Translations under genes and position numbers: made by a program
From: Perna viridis
Lineage: Eukaryota
DNA: 64,000 bases
NCBI GenBank assembly: GCA_037379345.1
Contig: CM074515.1
Span: forward strand, 10,726,001-10,790,000
Direction of reading: 5' to 3'
Notes under the pieces: model-generated
What the model saw: the letters and a program-made list of their open reading frames with translations, nothing else
Told to the model about the DNA's origin: nothing
The model's database searches: none
Part shown: positions 62,601 to 64,000 of the stretch, one piece after another
Layout: every line of letters begins with the position of its first letter
Position numbering within the stretch: position 1 is the stretch's first letter

Positions 62601-64000
62601 TACAGAAGGGTGTGGATCTACCAGTGTTATATACTGTTTTGAGTGACAGTAATACTGTATTGTTGTATAGTAGATTTTTTATTTCCCTGATCTTTGAACA
62701 TTAATACCACTTCTGCAGGATTTGATGTAATCAGCTCTAGGACATGTGTGGTCTTAATTCTTCATATTAAGTCCTCAGGTAGTCTATGTAATATCTATAG
62801 ACAATCCCTGTCTTAGAAAGGAGATTTTATTGGGTGGCCATACTTCCTGTTTAACCATGAATGAATTCATGAATGACAATTGTTACCACCATATATAGAA
62901 AACAGTAAGCTTAAATTCATTTCAAGATAAATGTTATTTTTTTTTAACTAATTCAATACCTAATTTAATTGTCTGTGTTCTAGGACTTTGTATGGTCTTC
63001 GACCTTTGACATATTAGACCCTGTAAGCCTCTTGTCCATTAGATACAGATATGATGCCTAGCACTCTAACACCTGGTTAAGCAATAGTATTAAGGTAAAG
63101 TGCATCAATAGTGATCAGTAAACCATTACAGCAGATAAACTGTGTAAATCTGTTTGGAGTTTCACTGATAATCAATCAATAATAAACCCTTAATAGACCT
63201 TTGATATTGTGGACATGGTTCTTCAAATTGTGTTGATATTTTCTGATTATTTTATCTCAGTCAATGCATTATCTGCCAGATTTACATGTAATCTGTGAAT
63301 ATGTTTGACATGCTAATCCTTTTGAGTGGACATGGTCAGGCTGTCCACCATATACTACTGGTACCTTAAGTGATTACCTAAGCAAAGGCAGGGGTCAAAA
63401 TAAGCAATCTCCTTCTGACCTGTGACAACATATGTTATGACAGACAAGTCAAAGTAGAACTGAGCTTGTCCCTGGGTCACCGAAGTTTGTATGCTTGACC
63501 AATAGGTCCAATTTTTTTCTACCTCTGTAAAAAGCAGGTTGATGTTACAAAATTGATATTTAGTATTACCCACCAAATTGCATTAAACTTAAGATTATAG
63601 CTCATTGTCAATAGTTAATTCCTACCCAATTAATTTCTGGTAACACAGCTGAATTACTGCACTGTCAACTAACACAGCACTATATTGGCCATGTTAGAGC
63701 ATGGGCTAAGGTGCTGACTGTAGATGATATTTTTATCTTGTCTCTGACCACTAACTGGCCATTAGAATAATAAATCCTTGCCTGCCAATCTCACTGTAAT
63801 GAAATTCTATTTGTTTTGATGGACATTTCCAATAAAAAGCAGTTTGTGCCTCTAATTAAATACTCAGGCTTCTGATTAATTACAGTAATTATCTCAGTGG
63901 GGAAGAATTTACTGCAAAGCTGCCTTCAGATACTGACCCATATATCAAAACCTGGCATAGGATTCTTATAATTTTCTAGGCACTGGTCAACAGACATTCT

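Larger units (their letters stand above)
1..64000 (+). other. Probable very large intron / non-coding gene region of an invertebrate (bivalve-like) genome
   Basis: No non-repeat ORF longer than 136 aa in six frames. CpG is visibly depleted over most of the window, consistent with gene-body methylation in molluscs. The + strand appears T/G-rich by eye. Strand and host taxon are inferences. Confidence 0.55.

Overview
AT-rich, CpG-depleted eukaryotic genomic DNA with no convincing long coding region. It is not prokaryotic: there are no operons, rRNA, intact tRNA or CRISPR array. The repeat content looks like a bivalve mollusc genome, plausibly Mytilidae (inference from recalled element architecture, not from a search). 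It includes Helentron-associated/pearl-type non-autonomous elements with internal tandem cores, CAGGGGCGGATCC-type MITEs, tRNA-derived SINE remnants and many TACATGTA octamers. The window most likely lies in a very large intron or 5' region of a gene, probably on the + strand. It holds about ten distinct minisatellite/satellite arrays, four Helentron-type elements, three short MITEs, two SINE fragments and clusters of transcription-factor-like motifs. The longest ORFs in the track are read-through of repeats. The items most worth checking are: (1) a 37-bp palindrome with a perfect 7-bp target-site duplication resembling a P-superfamily excision footprint (22835-22871); (2) a 55-bp satellite enclosed by ~60-bp inverted repeats (14657-15594); (3) a satellite with an exact 177-bp higher-order repeat (17616-18502); (4) two minisatellites 56 kb apart that appear related in opposite orientation (31-bp vs 62-bp unit); (5) a candidate signal-peptide exon at 42203-42311 downstream of a CpG-retaining region. 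I found no evidence for a novel multi-gene system.
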